A stretch of DNA of 64,000 nucleotides. Source: Prorocentrum cordatum. Taxonomy: Eukaryota. The notes below the pieces were generated by a model that was given only the letters and a program-made list of their open reading frames with translations, ran no database searches and was not told the origin of the DNA. Positions 10,320-23,034 of the stretch are shown piece by piece. Each line of letters starts with the position of its first letter. Position 1 is the stretch's first letter. The position numbers and the translations under genes were made by a program. The DNA lies in NCBI GenBank assembly GCA_963575745.1, contig CAUYUJ010000114.1, positions 310,001 to 374,000 on the forward strand, in the 5' to 3' direction.

Positions 10320-13300
10320 GATTAGGGTTCGCCGGAGCGGCTGGCGTGGGTCGGGGCGGCCTGCCTGGACCTGGCGGTGCTGGAGTGCCCGCCGTGTGCG
10401 AGGTGCCCCGACGGCTTGCGCCCCCAGCCTGCGCATCCCAGCCACGCTCGGGGCGAGTTCTACTTCTGGTTCGTCGGCCCGCCGGTGCTCGCGAACGCCC
10501 TCGGTTTCCTTGCCAACAGACTCTGCGGGGTTCGACGTCCAGCTGCTGCGGGACATGGCGCTGTTCCCGTTCGGCCAGGAGGGGGAGTGGTACAGTGAGA
10601 TGTCCCCAGGCCACGAGGTCGGCACGGAGTGTGAAAGTGACGAAGTCGATCACGAGAGAGTGCTGTTGTTCTCCTTGGGTGGCGGCGAGTGGTGGATCCG
10701 CGCCCCACATGGGAACGAGTATTTCCAAAACCTGGCTTGTCAAGACATGGAAAGTGGCCCGTCTCGATGCTATCCGATGCCGAGGACGGCTTTCTCCCGG
10801 CTGAGTCGGGAGGTCGGCGCAGGCGCACGTTGCATCGATTTAAGAACTACCTGGCGGCCGGCGAGCTGCTCAGCGCCATCATTCGGGGCTATCGCTCCTG
10901 TGTGCATGGAGAGCGGCGTGAGTCAGAAAACGGTCAGACGCCGATGCTCCCCGGCCAGGTGTTCACCCCAAAGCCGGATGGCTTCTTCGGCGGCGCCTTC
11001 CCGCCGACGCCAGTCCGTCGCCTGCGTGCCAAGGCCCCGCCCGCGGCCATGGGCGGCGCGGACACGCCGCCCCTCATGGATGAGGGCAAGCCCGCGCCCG
11101 CCGAGCAGAAACTCCCCACCATCGCAGGCGGCGCCTGCGTGCCGGCGGACCCCGCGGGGCGTTCGGCCGTGGGAACGGAGCTCGACGCGTCGCGTGTCGG
11201 CTTCCCCCAGACCAGCACTGCGGATGCGGGTTTGGTGTATATCAGAGCGTGAATTACCTACCCTGCTTTCGCTTCCAAGCCAAGCCAAGCCATACCACGC
11301 GCCTCCTCGCCGAGCGGCCTGACCAGTACAGACTGCAATGTGGCATCGTTTGGTATCTCTTGGAAGCGAGGGTGGTGAAAAGCGAGGTTGGTTTGTTTTC
11401 CCCCTGGTATACGCCGACGGGAATGGCGTCCGGGTGGCGAGCATGCTGACCCCAAAAGCGCCCGCGCTCGTCGACGCCAGGGCCGTCTTCTCGAGAGGGC
11501 GCCTGGGCTCCGCCGAGGGCGCACCCAAGGCTGCAGCTGCGGGAGGTGACTTTCGAGGTTGCATCGGCCAGCCTCCCTTGCCACCTCCCGCTGCAGCACC
11601 ACTGGGGGCCCGAGAGTGAGGATGCGCGGCTTGGGGCTGGGGATTTCGACGGTCGAGAGCGACGCAATCTCTGGCGCGAAACGGTCACAGAGAGCCCGCA
11701 GAGGCAGTTCAGCGACCACCCGATGGACGCCCCACCGAATGCCTTGACTACGTGCAAGAATTTGCTCAGGGTGGGCGGTGATCCCATGCTCTGGCTCAGG
11801 GAGTACAGTCAGGGGAAAGACCTGTCGTCCAGCGGCCGAATCGCCCGCGAGCTGCGTTGCGTCTGCGAGGCGCTGCATACGGCTGGCGTATACGACCAAG
11901 TCAGCCCGGGCGGCCCGATGGTGCCCGAAGTGCTGCGCAAGCGCCTCAGTGGTAGCGCGGCAACTTATTTTACTCCCCGGCGCGTTCAGTGGGAGGTGGC
12001 CAAGTACTGCGCGGGCCCCCGGGCCGCCGGGGGCGCGTCGGGCCCCGCTGCAGGGGCCCGCGTCCACCGCGGGGCGCGCGAGGGCCAGGAGGGCCAGCCG
12101 GCTCTGCGCAGGGCCTCCTCCGCAGGCCCGCGATCCCGGGCGCGCCGACGCCGGCCGCTGAGCGCGAAGGGCCCCGCGGCACCCCGTCGGAGCGATGCTC
12201 GAAGCGCGGCCAAGGACCCCTTCATCCTGGCCATGCACAGGGAGCCGGCGGCCGCCCCGGACTGGTGGCCTCGCGGGGGCAGCGAAGCCCGTTCCCGATC
12301 CCGCTGGCGCCGCCCTCTGCTGCGGCGCGCCCCGGGGGGCGCGTCGAGAAGGCCGGCGTCGAGTTTTCCCGGCGTATATGAGCGCCGCCGGCCAGCGCGC
12401 TCGCGAACCGCGGGAGGAGGGGGGTTGGGGGCGGGCGCGCGGGAGGGGGGGGCAGGAAAAAAAACGGGCGGCGAGAGAGGGGCGGGGATTCGGCGGCCCG
12501 CGAGAGCCCAACGAAGCGCGTCATGGAAGCCAGGGCCCCCGCGAAGGTCTTCGTTCGATTTGTAACTTCGGCGCGCGCGGGGGAGGCGAGACAGCCCACC
12601 AAGTTCGACAGCTCGTCCGCGGCGCTGGCGTCCGGGCGGGGCCTCGCCAGCAACGCGTTGTTCTTGGTCCAGACCCGCGCTTCCCGGGCTTAATGTTTCG
12701 GAGTGTCTGAGGAGTTGCCCGCTGGGCCCCTTCTGGAACTATTGTGACAGGGGCGCCCGCGTTTCCGAGGGCGCCAGCGCGGCAATGCATTTGTCGATGG
12801 TGTGCCTTCCGCGGGCGTGCAAGGCAACGCTTCGCAGGGGGCTTTGCCGCGCGCCGGCGTCGGCCGCTCCCCCGCCGCGCCCCGCGGCCACTTTGGCCGC
12901 GCATTTGCCGTGCTTCATTCGAGCTCGAACTAGCCAAACCCTTCCGTCGGCGCAGATGGCCGCCGGCGGCGGGGGCCCGCGAGCGCGGCCGGCCTCGCCG
13001 CCGCCGGCGCGGCGCCGCTCAGCCGTGGGCGAGCTGGGCCGCGAGTCGCCGGCGCGCAGGCGACGAACCTCGCCTCGTCCAGGGGGCGCGCGGCCGGCCC
13101 CGCGGGGTCGATCTGCCGGGCCGCCCCTGGCGCGAGATCCCGCCGCCGGAGGGCGAGGCGCGCTCGAGGGCCGCTCCGCGTCGTCGGCGACCCCGGCAGC
13201 GCCGACGACGAGGGGGAGAGCGGGCCAGACGCCGCGAGGCGCGCGGCGCTGCGGACGTCGGGTCGCTTGCGACGCCGCGGGTTCTCATTGGCTGCCGCAG

Positions 13301-14200
13301 TTCGTTCTTCGAGGAGGGCTCGGTCGCGCCGGGTGCGCCGGGCGCCGCAACCGCCGCGAGGTCGCGGCTTGCGCGGAGCTTGCCAGAGAGCGCGCCCTCT
13401 CGCTCGCGACGAGGAGGCGGATGCTGAGCTGGCGACTTATTTCGGCCATTCTTCCCCAATGTTTCATGGGTTGTGGCGCGAACAAAGGCGGGCAGGTGCT
13501 TGCTGGCTCGGCGCGTCGGGCGCGGCCCCCCCATCGGGCCGATCGATGTCCGACGGGGTGGCGTCGCTGAACCCCTCGGCGCAGCCGCCGCAGCTGAGCG
13601 CCGGCCCTCGCGGGAGGACGCCGCCCGGCAGCCGGTCGAGAGGGGCGACCCCTCCCGCTCGCCCCCCCCCCAGCAGCAGCCGGCGGCCGAGCGAGCTCGG
13701 GCGCCCGGCAGAAGTAGGGGGTGATCTCGAAGTTGAAGAATTCGCTGCGAAGCCCGCGCCAGGAGCTGGACCCGGCGCTCGCGGAAGCGATCTTCAGGGC
13801 CTTTGCGGCGGGCCCAGTGCCCCAGGGGCCGGATTGGCCTTCGCGCGCCCGCAGTGCCTGGCGGAGTTCTCGCGGGCGGTGGCCGCGTTGCAGGTCGACG
13901 AGGCCATCTTGCCCTATCAGTCGCGGCACTTAGGGCCGTCGCGCGGCCTGGCCAGACAGCGCCGCGCCGAGGCCCAAGGGCGCGGCCAGTGGACGACGGC
14001 GAAGAGCGTCCAACGGCGCGAGAAGGGCGCCCGTCTGGGCGAGAGTTTGGAGCGGCCGTCGCAGCCCATCCGCGCTCTGCCGGGGGCCTGCGACGCAGCT
14101 CTCGCGGCCGCGTTCTCGGGCAGGCCGCGCGCTGCTTGGCAGGCCGCTTCAATGGCAAGTGCATCTTCGACGAGGTGCTCGAGCGGCGGCCCGGCAGATT
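10320..14200 (+). mobile_element. Decayed tyrosine-recombinase (DIRS/Ngaro-like) retrotransposon with gag-like and YR remnants
   Basis: Frameshifted gag-like fragments DHERVLLFSLGGGEWWIRAPHG.EY and DARLG..DFDGR..WRE..F.DHP..P..ALT.CK.LLR.GG.P..W..EAL..AGVYDQ. The ~13.9-14.05 kb segment PYQSRHLGPS..GRGQW.TAKSVQR(R)EK resembles YR box II (H..RH..G.W....V.RY) with the catalytic Tyr lost. Confidence 0.6.
11243..11404 (+). mobile_element. ~160-bp dispersed repeat inserted in the DIRS-like relic; inverted copy at ~25505-25667 and partial copy at ~37698
   Basis: TCAGAGCGTGAATTACCTACCC..AGCGAGGGTGGT..AAAGCGAGGT..TTTGTT matches the reverse complement of 25505-25667. Confidence 0.75.
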
Positions 14201-15329
14201 TGCCGCGCGTGCGCGTGCAGCCGCGCTCGAGGCATCCAAGAGGAGCTGACCCGGCCTGAGATGCAGTCCTGGCCCATAGCGGCCATGACTCGAGGCGAGG
14301 TGCTCGGGGCCGCGCTGAGGCCTCCACGCGACGCCTGGGGGGCCGCGGCTGAGCCCCCGGTTTTCGACCTCAACAGCTCACCGCCCGCCAATTTGAACAG
14401 CTGCAACGAGGCAGCGTCGGTTTTCGCTCGGCGCTCGCCTTGCTGAATCTTATGTGTCGCTGTGAGATTCCGACATCTCTAGATCGTCATGCAAATTCAA
14501 GAATTTGGCACGTTCACGAATTTTTCCATCGCGTACGCAGCTGTCGTGGCCGCATCCGTGTTTTCGACCAGCGTCAATTCTGGAGGTGCGGGAGGAAGAG
14601 GGAGCGAGAGAGAATTTGTTGTTCTACCTCGACGGTCTAGATTCTGAATAATCTGATCGCAGATGTAAGGTATCCTTAGGACTCCGTAGTAGGACGGGCT
14701 ATTTCGTTTCGTCTTGAGGGGGCGGCCCAGTCGGGGCGAAAGTGGGCAGCCATCGCAGCTTCACGGGAAGTCGAAGGGGGGAGTGTGGCTTATGTTTTTT
14801 TGGTTGCTACAAGGTACGCTGACGCCCCCCCTCCCTGGCCCTCGTTCTTCGGGGTGTTCATTCAACGCCTAACCACCATGCGGACCCGCCAGTGTGCACA
14901 GACTGGTTGGCGCCACGCTCGCATCGACGCGCGGCACTTTTGTATCTAAGCTTGTCCTTATAACAGATTGATACCGTCACCAGTCGTGACGCTTCGCCTA
15001 TCCCGCCAGCCCATCGAATACGTAACAATCACATGCGAGTTGCCTTGATCAGGGATGCGTAGCAGCATGTAGTCACGCTCTGGGAGCCGCTAAGAGGCAT
15101 CTTGGAGCCATGGTGGGGCCCTGTTGGATAGGGCCTTCTTGGGGCCTTGTTGAAGGCTTTTTGGAGCTCCCGTAATTCGGTTTCGGTTCCGCGTTGCTCG
15201 TGCGAGCGAACAATGCGAAGTGAACTCGCCGCGGATTGAACTCCGCTGTTCGGCAAAACGGGGCCACATGTTGCTGCCCCCCGCTGTTGGCCAGCGGTGC
15301 TTGGGTGGTGTCCCGCCGGTTGGCTCGCC

Positions 15330-15762
15330 GTGGCTTGGGGGTGTTCCGATGGTGTTCCGATGCCCGATGGTGTCTCGATGGTGTGCCGATGGTGTCCACA
15401 TTGAATTTTTCTGCTGTTTACATGGTGTCCACATCGTGTCCCTGTGGTGCCCCGATGGGTGTCCCCATGGTGTCCCGATGGTGCCCACAGGGTGTCCACG
15501 TGGTGTCCCGATGGTGTCCAGATGCTGTTCCGATGCTGTTCCGATGGTGTTCCGATGGTCCCGATGGTGTTCCCATGGTGTCCACATCGTGTCCACATGG
15601 TGACCATGTGGTGTCCCGATGGTGTCCCGATGGGTGTCACCACTGTGCCCCGATGGTGTCCACGTGGTGTCCCGATGGTGTCCGCATGGTGTTTCGATGT
15701 TTCGATGGTGCCCCGATGGTATTGCGATGTTGCCCCGATGGTGTTTCGGCGGTGTCCCGATG

Positions 15763-15799
<37 letters not shown>

Positions 15800-15835
15800 T
15801 ATAGATAGATAGATAGATAGATAGATATATAGATA
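15330..15835. repeat. ~11-bp CCGATGGTGTC minisatellite followed by (GATA)n
   Basis: Directly visible. Confidence 0.9.
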
Positions 15836-16409
15836 TAGGTATGAGATCGACGGATAGTGAGACCAGACGCTCGGGATTGCAATAGATAGTGGGGTCGATT
15901 GTGGGATGGATAGGGAGCCCTGTCCATCGTCAGACGGCTAGACTCTGAGAGTGAACGGCGGTGTGATCAATAGTGTTACCGACAAGCAGACAGTGATACC
16001 GAAATTGAGATAGTGATGCCGATCGTGAGACCGATCGAGCAATGGTGCGACCGATAGTGAGATCGACAAACAGGTAGTGAGATCGATATCGAGATCGATA
16101 GTCGAAACGGATAGTGAGATCGTTGGTGGGACCGATCGTGGGATCGAGAAACAGAAAATGAGATCGATAGTGAGATAGGTAGTGAGATCGCTAGCGTTAT
16201 GTATAGTGAGGCGATCGACAAACAGTGGACGGATGGACCACAATGGTGCCCCGATGTTGTTCCGACGGTGTCTGGACGGTGTCCCGATGGTGGCATGTAT
16301 TTGTCCCCAGGGGGTCCCGACGGTGTCTCATCGCAGTTGTCATCAGTTGGTTCCCCCCTCCCCACAGCCTCATAATCACCCGAAGGGTGGTCGTTTAAGT
16401 ATATGGTAT

Positions 16410-16590
16410 TACTCCAGATGTCGTAATAAAAGGGAGGGGGTCTCAACCCTCCCAGACGAGAAGTTTTAGACCCCCCCCCGTGGGAGAACCCTCCAAAACA
16501 TCGTCCCCAGACCCCTCAAGGCCCTCCAAGATAGCCTGGAAGAGACCCCCCCCGAAATGAGACCCCCCTCCCTTTACGAAATCTGGAGTA
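16410..16590. mobile_element. MITE
   Basis: TACTCCAGAT.TCGTAA..AAGGGAGGGGGTCTCA pairs with TGAGACCCCCCTCCCTTTACGAAATCTGGAGTA. Confidence 0.7.
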
Positions 16591-16705
16591 CACATCTAAA
16601 TGTTACCCACTTTTTCTTTACCCTCCTCCGGAAACGGGGTGCCCCAGAAGGTGAACTGCCAGCCTCCTCGTCTCGAGCCCCATTGCCTCCTCTCGCGGCG
16701 GCGAG

Positions 16706-16816
16706 GACACCACCGCCCTGGTGCCGCCGAAGCCGGAGGAGCCACAGGGGCCGCGGTCGAGGCTGATGATCCGGGAGATCGTGCTCACCAATTTCAAGTC
16801 GTACGGCAACCGCAAG
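16706..16816 (+). CDS. SMC4: SMC4 (condensin subunit) exon A; true start codon exon not located
   Basis: gag|GAC acceptor. DTTALVPPKPEEPQGPRSRLMIREIVLTNFKSYGNRK carries the SMC4 RL.I..I.L.NFKSY motif. AAG|GT donor. Confidence 0.85.
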
Positions 16817-16987
16817 GTTCGGGCGTTGCTAGAAGTGGTCTTGGCCCAAGGTGTCCCCAAGAATTCCCATGAGGTTCGAACGGCCTCCAAAGCATCCCTC
16901 GCAATGCCCTGAGGGCCCCGGGGGCTCCAGAGGAGCGACAAGCTGGGGACACCTTGGGCAAGGGTCATCTTGAGCAACACCCGAAAG
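16817..16987 (+). mobile_element. Introner-like 171-bp intron of SMC4 with TIRs
   Basis: TTCGGGCGTTGCT pairs with AGCAACACCCGAA, and GCCCAAGGTGTCCCCA pairs with TGGGGACACCTTGGGC. AAGGT is directly repeated at the junctions. Confidence 0.75.
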
Positions 16988-17007
16988 GTGATCGGACCGT
17001 TCCACAA
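16988..17007 (+). CDS. SMC4: SMC4 micro-exon B (VIGPFHK, phase 2)
   Basis: Encodes the conserved IGPFHK motif. aag|GTG acceptor and AA|GT donor, in phase with exon C. Confidence 0.8.
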
Positions 17008-18099
17008 GTCTCCGCCTCGGCAGCCTCCTCGCGCAAGCGTCGGGAGGGGCGGTCCCGGCGGAGCTGCCAGCGTTGGCCACGCGCAGGTTGTGGTCAGGCA
17101 GTAGCGAGCGAAGGCAGCAGGAGAACTGCGTGGAAGCTACACAGCGGGCATCAGGCGTGAGGTGCATTCGAGGTGACCGTGACATGGGTGTAGGCATTAC
17201 TTGCAGTGCGGCTACCGTAGCCGTGAGCATTTTGCGACATTAGTGTTCGTGGGCATTGAGTGGTAATGAAGTGGGCATGGTATTGATATCGAGTTGTTCA
17301 CGGTGGCGTGGACAAAAAGCAGTCAGTTACTTACCGAGCAGCTGCGAGGTGGCAGTCAGAAAGTTGCGGGCACGTTTTCCCAATCATACGTATTTTCCTT
17401 GATGGGGTGGGTGGCCAGGGCATTATTTCTTCAGGAAGGCTTGGGTCTAGGGCTCTCTTTTTTGAAATATCGTGCGGGTCCCTCGGCTGGGAAGGCCTGG
17501 CGGATAGGGTCGGTGAGTGTATATTACAAATATATACGTGTTTATAATTGCGATATCATAGAGTGATATATATATATATACATATGTATAGATCGTCGTA
17601 TAAAGTATATATACCTTATATAGGTCAATCGATATGTGCATATACGCACACGTGTATGATCCAAACGATTCGGTGTTCTTACTTTCGTTCCGAGGAACTG
17701 GGCCTTGTCTTCGGTCTTGCGGCTATGTGGCCGCCGTCGCCGCCTCGCCGCCGCCCGTCGTTTGGGCCGTGTCTTCGGTCTGGCGGCTATGTGGCCGCCG
17801 TTTGCGCGTCGCCGCCTCGTCGCCGCCCGCCGTCTAGGACTGTTTGCCAGTCGGGCGGCTATGTTGCCGCTGTCGCCGCCCTGTCGCCGCTTCGTCGCCG
17901 CCCGCCGTCTGGGCCTGACCGCTGCTCTGACGGCTATGTTGCCGCCGTCGCCGCCCCGTCGCCGTCTCGCCGCCGCATATATTGCGCACCACACAGATTC
18001 TCCTTTCTAAATGAGAAAAAGATTATATCCCCCCGCCCTGGGGTTATCAGTTGGTCTTTTCCGTATTGCAATTTATATACGAGTTTGGCCCATCGCCCA

Positions 18100-20600
18100 T
18101 AACCGTGAATCCATACCATCCCAGCCAGGCCGGTATCGCACCCCCCCGCCATCCCATGCAAAATATGCTATTCGGGAGCATTCGCTTACCAAAAATCAGA
18201 AGGTTTCAACAATCCTTTGCAGACGCTGTGACAAAGTGCACACGCGCACGTCGTCGCGCGCGCATGCCGAAATTCTTCGAAAACCATCGGTTCCGTAAGG
18301 ATTTCAAAATCGATTGTCAAAAAAACGTATAAAAGCACAGGGTTTCGCAACACGGATCTCCAACAAATTTGCGCGCGCGTTCTCACGAGTTCTTGCGAAC
18401 AAAAAAAACATAATGTTTTCAACAATTTCAGAACATGCTACCAAACGAAATTCGCGCGCGAATGACGACATAGTTCAAACGCCTCTGCGCGCGCGCTGGC
18501 GTGGCACGATCCTCTTCAAATGATACAATGCGGGCCACATATGCGCGTCTGCCACCACCACCGAATCGAAGACGCCCTCGTCGTCGTCGGCGTGATCAGC
18601 ATCGGCGCCATCACTGGCTGCTCCGTCGTCCAAGCGTCGTCACCAGCATCGATACTATCATCATCGTGTATACCGTTGTCTACGTTACCATGATACCGAG
18701 CCCGCCCAAGTCGCCGACTCTCCATGAAGTGCCCGTTGGGATGTGCCGAGCGGTCAGCGCCACCGCCTTCGCGTCGGCCGCGCCAAACTAGTTGGCCGCT
18801 GCACGCGCGAGCATGCGCGGGTTAGCGCGGCCGCAGAGATGCACCAACCAAAGCCGAGCACTCACCGCAATCGTTCCCGCATGGGTTTTGCAAACCAAAT
18901 TGCGGGTGGGCGGGTGGGATGCTTGCGCGAGCAGTGGAGTGGACTTTCAACTTCGGCAAGGTGAAGTGCACCATATATATTGCACTACGTAGCTTGCATC
19001 ACGTATCGTGCACAACATAGACGACTGCACTAACTAGGACATTGCACCACGCGGGTTGCACCACGTAGATTGCACAACATACATCGCACAATTGCGATTT
19101 CACAACAGTTATTGCACAACATATATTGCACGGCACATATTGGACGGGATTTTGTGAACCGCGTGTATGGCACAGTGTGTATTGCACAGCGCAGGTTGGA
19201 CCACATTATGTATATATATATATATGTGTGTGTGTGTGTCTGTGTGTGTGTGTGTTTCACCTCGCCTCTGCAACGCATGGATTGCGCACCGCGTAGTTTG
19301 CACACCATAGTTATTTACAAAAAAACAGCCGAACAACAAACACTACCACCCTCCCCTGCCCCATCGTCCATCCTAACGGTGAGTTCATACGATTCCAGCC
19401 AAATCGATATCACCCCCCCCCCCCCGCCATCCCATGCAAAAAACATAAAGTTCGCACACTCAAAAAAAGGCCCCCCAACAAAATGTGACGAAGTGCGCAC
19501 GCGCGCGTCGTCGCGCGCGCGTGCCGAAATGCTTCAAAAACCTTCGGTCCCGTAAGGGTTTCAAAACCGAGTGCCCAAACAACATTGCAAAGCGCATAGT
19601 CGCAACACGGATTTCCTAACAAAAAAAATGCGCGCGCGATCATGCGAGTTCTTGCGAAAACCGTAGGTTTGTCAACATTTTTCAGAACATGTTACCAAAC
19701 GGGCTCTTCGCGCGCGCATGTCGAAATCGTTCGGACGCCCTCTGCGCGCGTGCTGGGGCGGCACGATCCTTTTCAAATAAGACGATGCGGGCCACGATCG
19801 CGCGTCTGCCGCGCGCGCATTTCGAACTCTTCCCAAAACTTCAGCATCGACGCGAAGACGCCGTCATCGTCGTCGGCGTGATCAGCATCGGCGCCGTGTT
19901 TGGCTGCCTCGTCGTCGCTGTCAACGTCGTCGCCAACATCGATGTTATCATCGTGTCTACCGTTGTCGACATTGCCACTACACCGCGCCAGCCCAATTCG
20001 CCGACTCGCATTGCAATGCCCACTGAAATATGCCGAGCGGTCAACGCCACCGCGTTCGCGTCGGTCGCGCCAAACTGGCTGGCCGCTACGCGCGCGAGCA
20101 TGCGCGGGCTGGCGCGGCCGCAGATATGCACCAGCCAACACCAAGTATTCATCGCAATCGCGTCCGCATGGGGTTTGCCAACCAAGCTGCGGGTGGGTGG
20201 GTGGGCTGTTTGCGCGAGCAGTGGAGTGGACTTGTCAAGTTGAGCAAGTGATCGATTGCACAACATCGCTTGCACCACCTATATTGCGCCAGGTCAGTAT
20301 TAACTGCACACCACACACATGACACCACATACATTGGACTGCGTGTTTCGCACACGCAAGCTGGTAACGCATAAACTGCACCGCGGAAGGTGCATAACAT
20401 AGGGTACACCGCATATATTGCAGCTCGTCGAATGCATCGCGAATGCTGCGCACCACATAGATTGCACACCATAGATTGCCAAACAGGGTTTGCACAACGT
20501 AGATAGCAACACTTATATTGTACCACATTTATACTTAGCTGTATATATATGTATATATTGCACAATATGTGTTGCACAACGTACATTGCTAGAGCCACGC
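18100..20600 (+). repeat. Diverged tandem duplication of a ~1.3-kb unit (~18.1-19.3 kb and ~19.4-20.6 kb) with TTGCACAAC-rich tails
   Basis: Shared blocks CCCCGCCATCCCATGCAAAA, GTCGGCGTGATCAGCATCGGCGCC and GCGCGAGCAGTGGAGTGGACTT. Confidence 0.8.
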
Positions 20601-21445
20601 TGCTTGGGGCCCACGCGGGCTAACATGTGTATGCCTGAAGTGTGTGTGTATGTGTGCTTCATTGTTGGTATATACCTACAGATCGGCATGTGCATGTACA
20701 CATACGTAAAAATTGGTCAGGGAGCGGTTGGTTGACAGAATTTGGAGTGTGCGTGCCAAGCCGGGGAAAAAGATGCCTCCCATGCCGTACTCTCGATGCC
20801 CAGCAGGGTCCGCTCACCCCGTCTGCCTATTATAACAGGAAGGCGCGGAGAGTTTCGCACAGACCCCTCGTGAGTCGCGAGCAGGAGTCGACCAAACATT
20901 TAACATACCATGTAGACATGTAATGTTGTGTGTGCGCGCTCGGATTCGTTCAGTCGAAGCGTTGCCGCAGCCTGACCGCAGCGTAGATCCAAGGCGCCGC
21001 CGATCAAGAGCTCAGAGTCCTCGACTGACAACGGGGCGCGGGGGGCCCGGACGGCCCAGGAGGCCCTGGGGCGCCCCTGGATGCCCTCGGTTTGGGGACG
21101 CTTCGTGATTTACAAAGGATCATGGCCCGGGGAGCCCTGGGATCGCGGACGCAGCGTAATTAACCAGGGACTGTGGTCGCGGTTTGGTGGCAATTTCTTC
21201 AATAATGTCCTGAGCATTACTTTGCAGGCTCTCTCCCCCCGCCGTAAGCGTAATTTGCAAGAGGTCGTGGCGCTGGGAGTTCTGACCCTGAGTAGTTTGC
21301 AAGGGATTGTGGCTCCTGGAGCGCGGATTTAGTGAAATTCGCGAGGGCGCGTGGTCCTGGGAGTGCGGATCCATCGGAGAAGACTTGCAGAGCAGGATGG
21401 GGCGTTCCTGAGCTCGCCCCCTGGCGCGTTCCGTGGCACGTATCC

Positions 21446-21603
21446 TTAAATCGGGCCTGTCCCTCTACAGGAGGAATATTCAAAAATATAAAAAATATAA
21501 AGGGGACGATGTTTGGAGCATTTTTGAGCCATTTTGGATTATTTTTTTACTATTTTTAATTCTTCACCAGAAATCCCCCTGTAGGGGGAAGGGCCCGACT
21601 TAA
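21446..21603. mobile_element. MITE family with TIR (TT)AAGTCGGGCCTGTCCC; other copies at 24696-24976, 25291-25449, 42792-42953 and a partial at ~25750-25790
   Basis: Each copy is bounded by AAGTCGGGCCTG.CCC and GGG.CAGGCCCGAC.T with an AT-rich interior. Confidence 0.8.
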
Positions 21604-23034
21604 ACGTATCCTGGCGCGTCCCCTGGCACGTCCCCTGGCTTTCGCGTCCCGTGGCCCGTCTACGGCGCTTCCCCCGACACGTTCCCTGGGGGTTCCCCTG
21701 GCACGCCTCTGCGCACGTTCCCTGGCGCGCTGCCCGGAGCTCCCACTGCCACGTCCTCTGGCGTGCCCACGGCCACGTCCGTCCCCTGGCACGCCAGCTG
21801 GCGCGTCCCAGCGCTTCCCCTGCCCGCGCCGTGGCGCCTCCGCCCTCGCGTCCCTGGCCGGGTCCCCCTGCGCGAGCCCTTGAGAAGTCCCCTCGCATGA
21901 CGCCCCCTGGCACGCCCCGTGGCACTCTCCGTGGCAGATCCTTGCCGCGTGCATGGCCCGTCCCTGCAGTCGTCCTCCCTCGGCGCATCCCTTGGTGCAC
22001 CCCTGGCGCACCCTGGGGCGCGTCCATGCGCCCGAGGGCCCCCCTGTCGGTCCGCACCGTGCAGGAGCCGAATGTGGCCTTGAGCTCGAGGCCGGTCGAA
22101 GACCAGGCACGCTTCGACTACCACCAGCCCTTTTAAAACACACAGACACAACTAATCGTTGATCCCCAGGGAATATGGGAAAATATGGGAAGTGGGGGGT
22201 AAGGCAAAAATCCAGAAAATATTTGAAAATATTGTGAATCCTGTTATTTTGTCTATTTATTTGTGTGTCCCAGGGCCCCTTCACCCTGGGCGATCCATGC
22301 GCTCCCGTAGCTCGAGCCAAAGATCCAGATCGGTCCTGTCAAGATACAGACGCTAAGCACGATTGGACTCACAACGCAATAGGGTACAGCACGGGTCAGC
22401 ACAATATGTATGGCACAGCACATGTAAGCGCAGCGCGGCACAAGATCGAAAATTGGAGCATATGCATTACCAGTGACGGGCGGTTTCTCAATCCCAGGAC
22501 TCTTTTGAGGGTCGGGGACGACGTCGGGATGGTGTGGTGTATACTTTTTGTCCCCGTTTTGCTGGGGAAACAACGAAGAATGTATACACCAGGATCCCGT
22601 ATACACCAGGATCCGCTTTCTTGTGCGAGTTCCAGTGCAGGGCTGGAAAAAGCGTCGGTGTATAGAGTTCGGATCCCTACAAGACGGCACAGCGCAGCAT
22701 AGCATAGCCCCTGTCACAGTATTGTACCCGCGGATTTCCTCCGCGCTGCCACTGGTTCACGGCCCAAGGTAGGTCAGGTCTGTACCATTCTCCAGAATGG
22801 TATGTCGGTCGACTTTCCTTCATACCCAGCGATGTCGAGAAGCGCTGGTGGATGACGGGGAGTGTTTCTGAGAAGCGAGAAGCGTGGACTTTTGTTCTCT
22901 GGCTGAACTTCAAGATTCAGTTTCCTATGGGTCTATCTGTAAGGGCTTCGCCCCATGCCGCCGACCCCCTGTCTCGGATAATAGGAGATGCAAAAGCTAA
23001 ATCATGAGGTCTGGGCGCCGCCGTGAAGCAGTGT

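Noticed and set aside
17214..17235. ACCGTAGCC..CATTTTG partial spliced-leader match; also TCTTGGCCCAAG at ~16839 and AGCCATTTTGG at ~21527
   Set aside because: The matches are short or interrupted, lie inside introns or MITEs, and no recognisable gene follows.
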